Assembly: GCF_000308215.1 (NCBI RefSeq)
Contig: NZ_CAJE01000012.1
Coordinates: forward strand, 504,894 to 568,893
Direction: 5' to 3'
From: Methanomassiliicoccus luminyensis B10
GTDB taxonomy: Archaea; Thermoplasmatota; Thermoplasmata; Methanomassiliicoccales; Methanomassiliicoccaceae
DNA length: 64,000 bases
Positions 39,137 through 49,211 of the stretch are shown here, in pieces. The number at the start of each line of letters is the position of its first letter. Within the stretch, counting starts at the first letter, position 1. The notes beneath the pieces were generated by a model. The model worked only from the letters and a program-made list of their open reading frames with translations. It was not told the origin of the DNA and did not search any database. Made by a program: the position numbers and the translations under genes.

Positions 39137-40381
39137 ATGTACTGCGAGCCATTCAAATCATGTTACTTATTCGGTTCGCTTAGAATCGTGTCGAATTTCA
39201 AGAATTGTGTTTATCTGATCAATGGACCTTCAGGATGTGCCTTTTTCTGTAGGAACTCTGTTTTGTTGCTCAATGGATACACACATATGCCTTATTCAGT
39301 GAATCTGCCAAGGATATTTACCACCAATCTGACTGATAAGGATGTGGTGTTCGGTTCCACAGATAGATTGGAAGAGGATGTGCTGGAGATCGATGTCAAA
39401 TACAATCCAGATGCCATATTTATTTTCAATTGTTGTGTTTCTGAGATTATCGGCATGTATATTGAAGATTTGGAGAAGAAACTAGAAAAAATAACGAAGG
39501 CTAAGATTATTGCTGTTCCAAGCGCCGGCTTTAAAGGGGATCATAAGATAGGCATGAAGGTTGCGAATAAAAAAATCTTCGAAAAGGTCGTTAAGCGCCC
39601 CACTATGAAGGTTCCGTATTCGGTCAATATACTTGGCGATGCGGATAGATTTGGGCACACGACGAAAGAACTCAGGTCATTCCTAGATGAAAACAACATC
39701 AGCATCATCACCAGTATCCCCGGAGATGTGGATATGAAAAGTGTCTCGGAATCATCCGAGGCGTCCTTGAATATCATCGTTTGCGGTACTGCGGGATATG
39801 GTATGGCCAAACTTTACTTAGAGGAATATGGCGTCCCGTTCGTGGGAGGTCAATCGTCGGTATTCGGAATTAATCACACGTTCGAACTTTACAAAGCAAT
39901 ACTCGACCACTTCGGTAAGTCCTTGGATGACCTGGAACAAAGAAGACAGACTGCATTTGATAACATCAGAAGATTCAGAACAGAATTGTCAGATAAGAAA
40001 GCATTCATCATCGCGGGTGCACGCAGATCCTTTGGATATGCCGCTCTTTTGAAAGAGCTTGGGATGTCGGTGGAATACATATTCACGGAATCTAATGATT
40101 GTGTTCTGAGGGAAGAAGATGCCCTGAGAATGATATCTAAACAAATAATATATGATGAATGGGATGAAGAGTTACGTAACCGTATAAGAATGAAAAGGCC
40201 GGATCTGGTTCTCTCCACGCTGCCGGAGTTGATCATTCCTGAAAAATACGTCTCCAGGACACTAGATGATTTTGCTGGATTCTCCGGTGCAGAGAGATTT
40301 GCCCAGTATATCTACGATACGATAATATTGCAAAAAATGGAAGAAGTAGTATTCATCCGGGCCAAGGATGACAATCTCTGA
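39137..40381 (+). CDS. nitrogenase component 1-type oxidoreductase (NifD/NifE/CfbD/BchN-like)
   Basis: INGPSGCAFFC and FNCCVSE Cys motifs in a ~410-aa alpha/beta Rossmann-like repeat architecture. Confidence 0.8.
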   Translation: MYCEPFKSCYLFGSLRIVSNFKNCVYLINGPSGCAFFCRNSVLLLNGYTHMPYSVNLPRIFTTNLTDKDVVFGSTDRLEEDVLEIDVKYNPDAIFIFNCCVSEIIGMYIEDLEKKLEKITKAKIIAVPSAGFKGDHKIGMKVANKKIFEKVVKRPTMKVPYSVNILGDADRFGHTTKELRSFLDENNISIITSIPGDVDMKSVSESSEASLNIIVCGTAGYGMAKLYLEEYGVPFVGGQSSVFGINHTFELYKAILDHFGKSLDDLEQRRQTAFDNIRRFRTELSDKKAFIIAGARRSFGYAALLKELGMSVEYIFTESNDCVLREEDALRMISKQIIYDEWDEELRNRIRMKRPDLVLSTLPELIIPEKYVSRTLDDFAGFSGAERFAQYIYDTIILQKMEEVVFIRAKDDNL

Positions 40382-40396
40382 CTAGCATCGTTCAAT

Positions 40397-41038
40397 TCAG
40401 AGGAGGTCTTGAAGAGAATTGATGCATGTGCATCCTGTCAATTCTTTGCAAAAGATTCCACTCAGGCGATTTATAATGACGCAATCAATGTTCGCATACG
40501 CTGATGCCATAACGTCTTCTTGCTCATTTCCTACATAAACAGTACGCTTTGCATTATACGTCTCATATAGTCCCATGCATTTTAAAATTGGAGAGGGGTC
40601 GGGTTTGTGAATCTCAGTGTCTTCGAATCCGATTATGTGGTCAACGTATTGAATCATGTTATCTCGTCTCAATAATTCTTCGACCTTCCATCTTTTTTTA
40701 CCTGTGACTATGGAAACGTTCTTGCCCAACGATTTTAGGGATTTCAGAACCATTAACGAATCGGGGAAAGGCACGGATTTCAGATATGAATCACAGACGA
40801 CTTCGTTGAAAATTTTCATGTATGTTTCAGTCTCTGTCCCTCCCAGCCCGTAATATCCGCATATATACTCTGGGGATTTTCCAATGAACTCCGGCACCAT
40901 ATCCTCAGAAAGATAGATATTCATACCGTCAAGCGCCAATCTCAGAACGTGGTACACATCCATGATTTTATCATACAAAGTGTAATCGAAATCGAACAGA
41001 TATGTATCGTACTTCTGCATAAGAGTTATACTCCTTAT
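40397..41038 (-). CDS. HAD-superfamily hydrolase/phosphatase
   Basis: The start is taken at MQKYDTYLFDFDYTLYD (a DxDxT motif 8 aa from the N-terminus). Downstream motif pattern is KxxxxxxxxGNEQEDV. An AGGAG RBS lies upstream. Confidence 0.65.
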   Translation of the reverse strand: MRSITLMQKYDTYLFDFDYTLYDKIMDVYHVLRLALDGMNIYLSEDMVPEFIGKSPEYICGYYGLGGTETETYMKIFNEVVCDSYLKSVPFPDSLMVLKSLKSLGKNVSIVTGKKRWKVEELLRRDNMIQYVDHIIGFEDTEIHKPDPSPILKCMGLYETYNAKRTVYVGNEQEDVMASAYANIDCVIINRLSGIFCKELTGCTCINSLQDLL

Positions 41039-41063
41039 ATCCAAAAATATATTTGGCGCATAG

Positions 41064-42791
41064 ATGCGACCTAAGTTGAACTTCGAATTATTGAAATCCA
41101 ATCTATTGACCATAGCATCCATAACAGGTATAGATTCGTTTGTCGTTCGCGGCAAGTATAGCATTTATCTCCTGTCCCAGGATGTTGCAGATGGTATGAT
41201 AGATATCATTGTGAAACCACATATCTTCAATTATTGTGTGGAATCGCTCCCACGCAATGATATCGGTTGTTTTCGGTATCAGATGTGCTTTAGAGGTCGC
41301 AGATATGATGCAGTTCAAATAAAGATCCCATGTGCGATTGTACGGTTGATCGCCATGGATGATGATACGGACTATTGTCTAATAAATTATGATGTGTGTT
41401 CAATAAAGTATCCTTCGATGGAAATCGAAAACGTATGCGAGTTGAAAGAAGAGTGTCATATACTACCGGGCGATATCTGTCCTCTTCCTGGAAGTCCGTT
41501 TGAAATCATTCGAAGAATCATCGGGTCTGCTTTTATATCCGACACAGAGGAATCTGAAGACAACATAGTACGTTGCATCGAATCCGTTTTACAGATGGCA
41601 TCGTTTCGTAAGATATGTGACGAATATTTTGATTTGATAGCTCCGCTGAACTGTTTGGAAATGATATGTAGCTGTAGATACTTGGGAGACTGTTCGATGC
41701 GCGATCTGTTGATCCACATCATTCGTAAGATCATTCCAAAAGCTGACATATCGTTTGTGTCGGACTATATAGATAATATGAAATCGGAACGCACAATTGG
41801 TGCTATTCCGAGCCCGGATTTTGAAGATACAGATTTCTTATTCATACTAGATCGCATGTATGAAATATTTAAGAAGGGCAATGTGGATTGCTATGAGAAT
41901 CTTTGTTTAAGATTCGCCCACATATCCGGCATCGATTCCAAATCCGAAATCCGCTCTGTGGGAATTGGACATTCTGACGACCTCAAATTCGAAGTAGTGA
42001 ACGGAAATGAACACTCCTTTGTGCGAGTATGTACGGGCGTATCTGAGAAGAGACTCGAATGCATCAAAGAGCTGTCTTCTAGAAATGGTGAAGGGAAGCT
42101 GACGGATGTTATTCGTATCAAAAATCTAGACGTATTGGTTTTTGAATGGATCGACGGAAGGTCTGTTCGCGATGTGATGAATGGAACAACAAATCGCGAG
42201 CATTTTTACTGGGGTTATAGATCAGGAATTAAACTGAAGAAACTACACGAAATCCCATTATTCGCTAAACCTGATGTTAGTAATTTCGTGAAAAGTCTGA
42301 ATGATTTGCTCGACCGCTGCAGGTATTTTTCAGAAGCTATTCCAGGCTATGATAGAATAGTGTCTCGTATACACCAGTACTTACCCAAAATAACAGAAGC
42401 TGATTTTGCTATTTGTCACGGAGATTACAATGTTGACAACATACTTGTCTCCAATCAGGAGTTAATGGTGATAGATTTCGAATATTCCCGGATTGGAAGT
42501 GTATATGAAGATGTGGACACCTTGATGCTATTTGATGGATACGATCCTTACTTCTCTGCAGGTATGATCTATGGATATTGTGGCGGATTCGGAGATCAAA
42601 GCTTTTGGAGAAATTTATCATTCTATCACAATGTTTACCTGTTGAATTATTACTGTAGGACATTCGTATATAATTACGGCAACATGGCATTATTACATCG
42701 AGTCGATGAATATAATTACAAATATTGCGAGGATGGGCAAGGAGTCCCGGGGTGGTTCGTCAAAATCCTCGATGAAATGGCATTGCTATGA
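41064..42791 (+). CDS. aminoglycoside/choline-kinase-like phosphotransferase (APH fold) with ~270-aa Cys-rich N-terminal region; start uncertain
   Basis: C-terminal catalytic motifs (ICHGDYNVDNILV and MVIDFEYSRIG). Confidence 0.6.
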   Translation: MRPKLNFELLKSNLLTIASITGIDSFVVRGKYSIYLLSQDVADGMIDIIVKPHIFNYCVESLPRNDIGCFRYQMCFRGRRYDAVQIKIPCAIVRLIAMDDDTDYCLINYDVCSIKYPSMEIENVCELKEECHILPGDICPLPGSPFEIIRRIIGSAFISDTEESEDNIVRCIESVLQMASFRKICDEYFDLIAPLNCLEMICSCRYLGDCSMRDLLIHIIRKIIPKADISFVSDYIDNMKSERTIGAIPSPDFEDTDFLFILDRMYEIFKKGNVDCYENLCLRFAHISGIDSKSEIRSVGIGHSDDLKFEVVNGNEHSFVRVCTGVSEKRLECIKELSSRNGEGKLTDVIRIKNLDVLVFEWIDGRSVRDVMNGTTNREHFYWGYRSGIKLKKLHEIPLFAKPDVSNFVKSLNDLLDRCRYFSEAIPGYDRIVSRIHQYLPKITEADFAICHGDYNVDNILVSNQELMVIDFEYSRIGSVYEDVDTLMLFDGYDPYFSAGMIYGYCGGFGDQSFWRNLSFYHNVYLLNYYCRTFVYNYGNMALLHRVDEYNYKYCEDGQGVPGWFVKILDEMALL

Positions 42792-43043
42792 TTGAGGAGC
42801 AGTCATAGCAATGCCATTCGGGTTTGTAATACTGTTCTATCATTATTCAGGCAGATATGCCCGATCGGATATGCCAGGGCCAGTTATGCAATTCGCTAAA
42901 GGCAACTGGGAATCATCTTTAACATGCCATCAAATTCATATACACTGAAGAAAAGGAGAGTTAGCGACCCGTGGACGTATGCTAAGGGACAGAGTCCCTG
43001 CCTAGCAGAATCACATACTTGGGATCGCGGATGGCTTGAGCCC

Positions 43044-44234
43044 TCACTCCACGCCCCTCACTCTGAGGGCGTCGTGGAGCAGGGAGTTCCCGTCGCACCG
43101 GAAGCAGTGATTGTCCGTACCGGGCGGCACTCCGGCCGACTTCACTATGTCAGCCGCTTCGAGCATCGTCTCGACATACCACTCGCTCGACGGGGCCCGA
43201 TGGCCTTCCAGCTTCGAGCCGGGGTTGGGCGCCCACACGAACGGCAGGACGTTCGCGCCGATGGAGGACAATTCCCTTATTCCTTCCAGGAAGGTCTTCT
43301 TCGGCTCCAGTCCCGCTACGAATACGGCCCATGCGTTGCCCTCGCCGAAGATGTCCACGGCGTGCTTGACCGACTGCACGAACTCGTCGTGGCTGACGCT
43401 CTTGGACTTCCCGGGGCACACGGCCTTGTACATCTTCTCGTCCCAGATCTCAAGGCTGAAGCCTATGCCGTTGATGCCCGAATCATAATACTTCTGGAGG
43501 TCCTCCTTCCTCTTGGCCGGGGAAGGAAGGATAGTTCCGGGCACGCGCTCGCGCCCGATGTGCTCGGCGATGGAGCCGACAATACGGGAAACAAGTTCGA
43601 TCTCCTTCTGGGAGTTCAGGCACCCTCCCGTCATCATGATGTGCTTCGTCTCTCCCTCCCTGAACGCCTCGGCGGCCACCTCCCCGATGTCCTGGGGGCT
43701 CTTCTTCCGCATGACCGAGTCGTAGGTGTCCGAGGTGGACACCAGATTGCAGAACAGACATTGTTCGTCCCTGGCGAAGTGGCTGCAGTAGTTCTGGTAA
43801 CAGAAGAACAGGCAGTCCGCCCCGCCGAGCTGCCCGATCCTCACCATGTCATGGCCGGACGAGGTCTTCTTGCTATAGAACTCCGGCTGGGGGAGCCATT
43901 TTACCGTGCACAGGTCCTCCTTCCCATTGCTCAACACGAGCTTCCCGTCCCTGAGGTCTATGAGATAGGGAGAGCGGCGGTTCTTCCGGAACTGTACGAT
44001 GGTGCCGTCGGGGAGCTCGAAATCATCCGGGACCGCCAAGTCCACGTGGTTCTCGAAGTCCCAACCGAACAGGCCGTGGTTCTGGGCCTTGTACGATGTA
44101 CCCACTCCCTGCAGGGCCGCGGGGGTGGCCTCCAGGCCCACGGTGAGAAGCTCCGCCTTGATCTCCAAATACTTCGTGCCGCTATTCTCGAACAGGTCGG
44201 TGTTGCTGTGACCCAGGTAATCGGTGTTGCTCAT
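43044..44234 (-). CDS. hypothetical Cys-rich protein (CLFFCYQNYCSHF...CLFC; radical-SAM-like or metal-binding), co-oriented with corrinoid protein and MtaA-like methyltransferase
   Basis: 396-aa ORF with coding-like composition, whereas the plus-strand overlap ORF is not. Cx3Cx4C-x7-CxxC cluster plus an MMTGGC glycine-rich stretch. Confidence 0.5.
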   Translation of the reverse strand: MSNTDYLGHSNTDLFENSGTKYLEIKAELLTVGLEATPAALQGVGTSYKAQNHGLFGWDFENHVDLAVPDDFELPDGTIVQFRKNRRSPYLIDLRDGKLVLSNGKEDLCTVKWLPQPEFYSKKTSSGHDMVRIGQLGGADCLFFCYQNYCSHFARDEQCLFCNLVSTSDTYDSVMRKKSPQDIGEVAAEAFREGETKHIMMTGGCLNSQKEIELVSRIVGSIAEHIGRERVPGTILPSPAKRKEDLQKYYDSGINGIGFSLEIWDEKMYKAVCPGKSKSVSHDEFVQSVKHAVDIFGEGNAWAVFVAGLEPKKTFLEGIRELSSIGANVLPFVWAPNPGSKLEGHRAPSSEWYVETMLEAADIVKSAGVPPGTDNHCFRCDGNSLLHDALRVRGVE

Positions 44235-44399
44235 GAGATATCACCTTAGATTGCATGGTGAGAGACTGAATGGCCGGAGCGCCCGGTCCATTCACAATCG
44301 TTAATGCACATGGGAATGATGTTGCTTTCGGATTTGCGGGCCGATGCGGCGGCCGCGCGCGAACATAAAGAATTGATGGGGGGTTTGGGGCCGGGAGGC

Positions 44400-45239
44400 T
44401 CAGTGCTGCTCCTCCCTGACCGTTCTCCAGTCCTTGCCCGAGGCCACCTTCTCAGCGATCCTCACCGCGTCGATGGGGGACTTGCCGTACACGGCGTTGT
44501 CGAACGTCTCCACGAAGGTCTTGGAGACGGCGGAACCACCTGCGGCCAGGGGGACATCGAGCTTCCCATCCTTGATCATCTCCGCGATCTGCTTCAGGCT
44601 TCCCTTGGTGGTGCTCATCAGGGTGGAACCGTTGACCAGGATCAGCTTGCCGGACCTGATGGTGTCGATGACCCTCTCCGCCGGGACGTCCCTGCCCAGG
44701 TCCAGGACCTCGAAGCCGTTGGCCCGCAGGATGGCCGCCACGATGTTCTTGCCGATGTCGTGCAGGTCACCTTCGACCACGAAGGTGGCAACGGTCCCCT
44801 TCTTGGGGACATCGCCGAGCTTTTCCTGGGCGAGCCTGATGCCCTCGAGCATGGTGTTGCTGGAGATCAGTATCTCCGGGACGTAGGCCTTCCCCAGGTC
44901 GTACAGCTCGCACTGCGCCTGGATGCCGGGCATCAGGGCATTGGACACCAGGTCCACGGGGTCCGCCCCCTGCGCGATGAGGGCCGCGGTCCGCTCCTTG
45001 ACCTTGGGCTTGTTGCCGGCGATGACGGCGTCGGCGATCTCGGCGTACGAGGGGTTCTCCGGCCTGTACCGGGCGCGGATGTCCTCGGGAGTGTCGGTCT
45101 TCAACCCCTTGGCGTTGACGTCGAAGCCCAGCTCGGTGAGCAGGCCTTCGTTGACCAGATGATCGTACCGCGCGGGGTCCTTTTCCCTCACTTCGAATAT
45201 CTTCTCTATGAGCAGGTCCAAATGCAGCACCATGTTCAC
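44400..45239 (-). CDS. corrinoid (cobalamin-binding) protein of methyltransferase system (MtaC/MtbC-like)
   Basis: B12-binding DxHxxG motif ([11 protein letters not shown]) with an N-terminal helical cap domain. 279 aa. Confidence 0.85.
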   Translation of the reverse strand: MNMVLHLDLLIEKIFEVREKDPARYDHLVNEGLLTELGFDVNAKGLKTDTPEDIRARYRPENPSYAEIADAVIAGNKPKVKERTAALIAQGADPVDLVSNALMPGIQAQCELYDLGKAYVPEILISSNTMLEGIRLAQEKLGDVPKKGTVATFVVEGDLHDIGKNIVAAILRANGFEVLDLGRDVPAERVIDTIRSGKLILVNGSTLMSTTKGSLKQIAEMIKDGKLDVPLAAGGSAVSKTFVETFDNAVYGKSPIDAVRIAEKVASGKDWRTVREEQH

Positions 45240-46342
45240 GCACCTCCCAGGGTCTCGGCCTTGATGCGCTTGGCCTTGGCCGCACCGATGGCGCGGATGG
45301 CGTCCTCCACGTTGTCCTGGGGATCGGGTATCGGCGTCTCCTTGGCCGCCCGGACGTACGCCTTGATGTTATCCAGCGAGGTGCCGTAGGAGACGTCGCA
45401 GCCGGAGCCGACGATGTCGACCCCTTGCTGGATGCATTCCACGGTGCGGGCGTACACCTGCTCCGGGGTGCCGTTAGGCATCAGGTCGATGACGTCCAAG
45501 CTGCCGAGCAGGGACACCTTGTTGCCGAGAATCTTGCGAGCATACCACACCGGGGTCTTGACGTCGAAGGAGAAGGCATCGAAGCCCGCTTCCCTGATGT
45601 ACGGCAGCAGGGGCTTGGTGTTGCCGCAGATGTGCAGGACCTTTGGGGCGCTGATGCTGGATGCCAGCTTCTTGTGGTACGGGAGCACGAACTCCCTGTA
45701 CGTTTCGCCGGAGATCAGGTCGCCGGACGCGGACGGGTCAGCGGGGAAGAGGATGTGAGCCCCGTAAGCGGTCTGCAGCCTGCCGTATTCGATGCAGAAG
45801 TCGGTGGCGGCGGAGATGAACTTATGCGCTTTCTCCGGGTCCGTCACTGTCCACAGGACCAGGTTCTCTACGCCGGCGATGTGGCCGGCCACGGTGAACG
45901 GGGCCGTTAGCACGGGAATTATGGGAAGGTTTCCGTCGTAGCGCTTCCTCAATATGTCGATGGCGCCGAGGACGTGGGGTATCCTGTCGGCGTTCTCCAG
46001 GTCAGTAGGCCAGGTGACGTCTTTGGGATCAGTATAGGCCGGACCCGTCACCGGCGGCCGGTCGGGCTTGTTCCAATCCAGCTTGCAGCCCAGGACCTCC
46101 GCTTCCAGCGAAATATCGAATTGAGGCCTGGCGGCCTCGACGCCGCATACCTCGTGCGGCGCGGCGGCCAGATCTGCCATCAGCTTCGCGTCGTAGTGCG
46201 CCTTGGGCCATGACGCCTTCACGATGTTCATCAGCTCATTGGTCGTTTGCGCCAGCGGATTGGCTGGCGGAGTATAGTCCACTCGGCCTCCTAGCACGGC
46301 TGCCAATGCTCTCCTCGTCGGGGTCAGATCAATCCTTGCCAT
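45236..46342 (-). CDS. methylcobamide:CoM methyltransferase (MtaA/MtbA-type, uroporphyrinogen decarboxylase family)
   Basis: URO-D fold with the HICGNT motif typical of MT2 enzymes. 4-nt overlap with the corrinoid gene. Confidence 0.8.
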   Translation of the reverse strand: MARIDLTPTRRALAAVLGGRVDYTPPANPLAQTTNELMNIVKASWPKAHYDAKLMADLAAAPHEVCGVEAARPQFDISLEAEVLGCKLDWNKPDRPPVTGPAYTDPKDVTWPTDLENADRIPHVLGAIDILRKRYDGNLPIIPVLTAPFTVAGHIAGVENLVLWTVTDPEKAHKFISAATDFCIEYGRLQTAYGAHILFPADPSASGDLISGETYREFVLPYHKKLASSISAPKVLHICGNTKPLLPYIREAGFDAFSFDVKTPVWYARKILGNKVSLLGSLDVIDLMPNGTPEQVYARTVECIQQGVDIVGSGCDVSYGTSLDNIKAYVRAAKETPIPDPQDNVEDAIRAIGAAKAKRIKAETLGGA

Positions 46343-47064
46343 TCTGGATCACCATACAACAGATCGCAATAGTTCACGATAGTTAACTGTCCTGGAAGAG
46401 GAGTGAACCGCTATTTATTGGAAAATGCGGGGAATATTCAAAAGTGAATAATTCGATCGTAGATACCGCGGGCCTCTGGCTGACCTGGTCGCCTGACATC
46501 CAGCTTCAGATGCGAGCGGGGTGCGGACAAAATATTAATTCAAGACTGTATAGCACGGGGTGTCAATGGGCCCCGTCGCCGCAATTCTCGGAGCGATGCG
46601 TTTCTCGGTCGGCTCACTGCTCACCGCCATCTCCTTTCCGCTGTAGGACCGGAAGGTGGACGTGAACGGCCTGTACGGCGTACGCATCTCCAAGAGCTTC
46701 AAGCCGGAGGAGAGCGGAGTTACTCCCTCGGCGCCCACTTTGGCAAGAGATCATCTGGTGGGCCGCAGGCATGATATTGTTCTCCCCAATGAGCGTATTC
46801 TCCCATATCAGGGCAGCTGCACGTTCCTCATATTCTTCTCCTTCGCGCCCCCCCGCTGTTCATTGCCCCTGGTAGCGCGGACGCTGCTATACGCCCAGAA
46901 GCTGGATCGAGCGCGATATGACGCATCGGGCGGATCGTTCGGAATATCGGGGCGTGCCGAACCCCCAGAGCGGCAACAAGTCATATAATCAAAAGGCGTT
47001 ACTGCCGCCCCGTCGGCGCTCCGGCATCCGATGACGTAGTGGCGTTGACATAGGAGACCGCCGA

Positions 47065-47865
47065 ATGAACGCACAGAGAATAGCCGAGCAGTTCATCGCA
47101 CTGAGAGCCAAACGTCCCCTGGTCCACCACATCACCAACTACGTGACCGTGAACGACTGCGCCAACATCACCTTGAGCATCGGGGGCGCTCCGGTGATGG
47201 CCGAAGCGCATCAGGAGGTCGCGGAGATGGTCTCCATGGCCGGGGCGCTGGTGCTCAACATCGGCACCCTGAGGTCGGAGCAGGTCGAGGCCATGGTCCT
47301 GGCCGGCCGCCGCGCCAACGAGATCGGTGTCCCCATCGTCCTCGACCCCGTGGGGGCCGGTGCCACGAGATACCGCACCGAGACGGCCAGGAAGCTGCTC
47401 GATGAGCTTGACATCACCGTGCTCAAAGGCAACGCCGGGGAGATCGGCGTGCTCGCCGGCACCGGCGGCGTGGTCAAGGGGGTCGACTCCCACGGCATGA
47501 GCGGCGATCCCGTCAGCGTGTGCAGGGACCTCGCAGAGAGGGAGAAGCTTATCGTGGCCATGAGCGGCGCCACCGACATCGTCTCCGACGGCACGACCAC
47601 CTACCTGGTCGATAACGGGCATGAGATGATGGGGAGGATATCCGGCACCGGGTGCATGGCCACCTCCATCGTGGGAGCGTTCATCGCCTCCTCTGACGAC
47701 AAGCTGCTCGGCTCGGCCGGGGCGCTGTCGGCGTTCGGCATCGCCGGGGAGAACGCGGCGCGGAACGCCAGGGGGCCGTACGCGGTCAAGACGGCATTGT
47801 TCGACGAGGTCGCCTCCCTCACCCCCGAGGTGATGGCGCAGCGCGCCAAGGTCCGGTCGGCATGA
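47065..47865 (+). CDS. thiM: hydroxyethylthiazole kinase
   Basis: ThiM motifs ([16 protein letters not shown] and ISGTGCM). Confidence 0.85.
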   Translation: MNAQRIAEQFIALRAKRPLVHHITNYVTVNDCANITLSIGGAPVMAEAHQEVAEMVSMAGALVLNIGTLRSEQVEAMVLAGRRANEIGVPIVLDPVGAGATRYRTETARKLLDELDITVLKGNAGEIGVLAGTGGVVKGVDSHGMSGDPVSVCRDLAEREKLIVAMSGATDIVSDGTTTYLVDNGHEMMGRISGTGCMATSIVGAFIASSDDKLLGSAGALSAFGIAGENAARNARGPYAVKTALFDEVASLTPEVMAQRAKVRSA

Positions 47866-48533
47866 GCGCGAGATACGATCTCTACGTAATAACGGACGAG
47901 GGGCTGTCCCGTGGCCTCACCCACATCGAGCTCGCTCGAAGGGCCGTCGAAGGAGGCGCGGACGTCATCCAGCTCCGAGACAAGAAGATGAGCGGAGGGG
48001 ACCTGTTCCTCGCCGCTTCCGAGATGCGGGACATCTGCAGAAAGGCCGGGGCGCTGTTCATCGTGAACGACCGATTGGACATCGCTCTCGCCTCCGGCGC
48101 CGACGGCGTGCATCTGGGACAGAACGACCTGCCAGTGGGAGCGGCCCGGCGCATCGTGCCGGAAGGCTTCATCATCGGCGTCTCCGTTTCCTCGGCGGAA
48201 CAGGCCGTCATCGCTGAAAGGAACGGGGCGGACTACGTGGGCTTCGGCCCGGTGTTCCCGACCAGCTCCAAGGCCGACGCGGGAGAGGAGCGCGGGTTCG
48301 CCGAGCTCGCGAGGGTACGCCGCAGCGTGCGGGTCCCGGTGGTGGCGATAGGAGGGATCAACGAGGGGAACGCCGCGGAAGTGGTCCGCGCCGGCGCCGA
48401 CGGGATCTCAGTAATTTCGGCGGTGGTTAGCCAAGAGGATGTCTCTGCCGCGGCCGCGAGGCTCAAGGCGCTGATAGCAAAGGTCAAGGCGGGCCCGCTC
48501 ACGGGACCACAGCAACTGAGTTCTACCCCCTAG
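47862..48533 (+). CDS. thiE: thiamine-phosphate synthase
   Basis: ThiE motifs ([34 protein letters not shown]). Confidence 0.85.
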   Translation: MSARYDLYVITDEGLSRGLTHIELARRAVEGGADVIQLRDKKMSGGDLFLAASEMRDICRKAGALFIVNDRLDIALASGADGVHLGQNDLPVGAARRIVPEGFIIGVSVSSAEQAVIAERNGADYVGFGPVFPTSSKADAGEERGFAELARVRRSVRVPVVAIGGINEGNAAEVVRAGADGISVISAVVSQEDVSAAAARLKALIAKVKAGPLTGPQQLSSTP

Positions 48534-48556
48534 ATGATACGGTCACGGGACGATAG

Positions 48557-49141
48557 ATGATACTGGTAGGCGTGGGTTGCGGTCCGGACCTGATAACAGT
48601 GCAGGCGGCGAAGATCATTTTCAACGCCAAGAGAGTGGCCGGCTCCTCCAAAGCCCTCGCCCTGGTCGAGGAGTATATCCAGGAGGACTGCAGGGTCTTC
48701 GTGATCGAGGGCAGCTTCAGGCTCGATGAGTATCCTGATGACACGGTCATCCTCTCCACCGGCGATCCCATGCTGGTGGGCTACGAGCCCAAGGACGGGG
48801 ACGTGATACCGGGCATATCGTCCCTCCAGGTGGCCTTCGCCCGCCTGGTGATACCCATCGAGACGGTGAGCGTGGTGCCGGCTGTCGGCAAGAGCTTTCA
48901 CGGCGGCTCGATCGAGAGCATACTGGAAGAAGCGAAGAGAGGCAGGAACGTGTTCGTGCTCGCGGACCCCCAGTTCAACGTTCCCGGTCTCGCCAAGAGG
49001 CTCAAGGATAGATCCATAAAATGCAAGATCGCGGTGTGCGAGAACCTCGGGTACGAGGATGAGAGGATCGCCGTGGGGACGCCGTCGAAGCCGCCCAAAG
49101 CGGGATCTAAGCTGTTCTCGCTGGTGGTCGGCAACTGGTGA
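48557..49141 (+). CDS. cbiE: cobalt-precorrin-7 (C5)-methyltransferase / precorrin-6Y methylase CbiE-like (tetrapyrrole methylase domain)
   Basis: N-terminal ILVGVGCGP tetrapyrrole-methylase signature. ~194 aa. Confidence 0.65.
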   Translation: MILVGVGCGPDLITVQAAKIIFNAKRVAGSSKALALVEEYIQEDCRVFVIEGSFRLDEYPDDTVILSTGDPMLVGYEPKDGDVIPGISSLQVAFARLVIPIETVSVVPAVGKSFHGGSIESILEEAKRGRNVFVLADPQFNVPGLAKRLKDRSIKCKIAVCENLGYEDERIAVGTPSKPPKAGSKLFSLVVGNW

Positions 49142-49211
49142 CCGGCCCGGCCTCGCACCGGCCACGTCTTTTCTAAATTATCCAACCAGCCAGAAAAAAC
49201 CTTATCCCTCC

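Larger units (their letters stand above)
33100..42900. other. AT-rich genomic island (putative horizontally acquired biosynthetic cluster) embedded in high-GC chromosome
   Basis: Abrupt base-composition shift visible by eye (island roughly 35-40% GC versus ~60% in the flanks). Genes in the island show AT-rich codon usage. No integrase or tRNA was seen at the borders. Confidence 0.7.

Noticed and set aside
46880-47064. Possible TPP riboswitch upstream of thiM
   Set aside because: Only a partial GGGGCGUGCC-like element is present. The CUGAGA and AACCUGAUC/GGGA signature blocks are absent on either strand.
49141-49200. Possible terminator hairpin after cbiE (CCGGCC...GGCC then TCTTTTCT)
   Set aside because: The stem is imperfect and short. 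Evidence is weaker than for the glyS and CBS/MATE terminators, so it was not listed as a feature.
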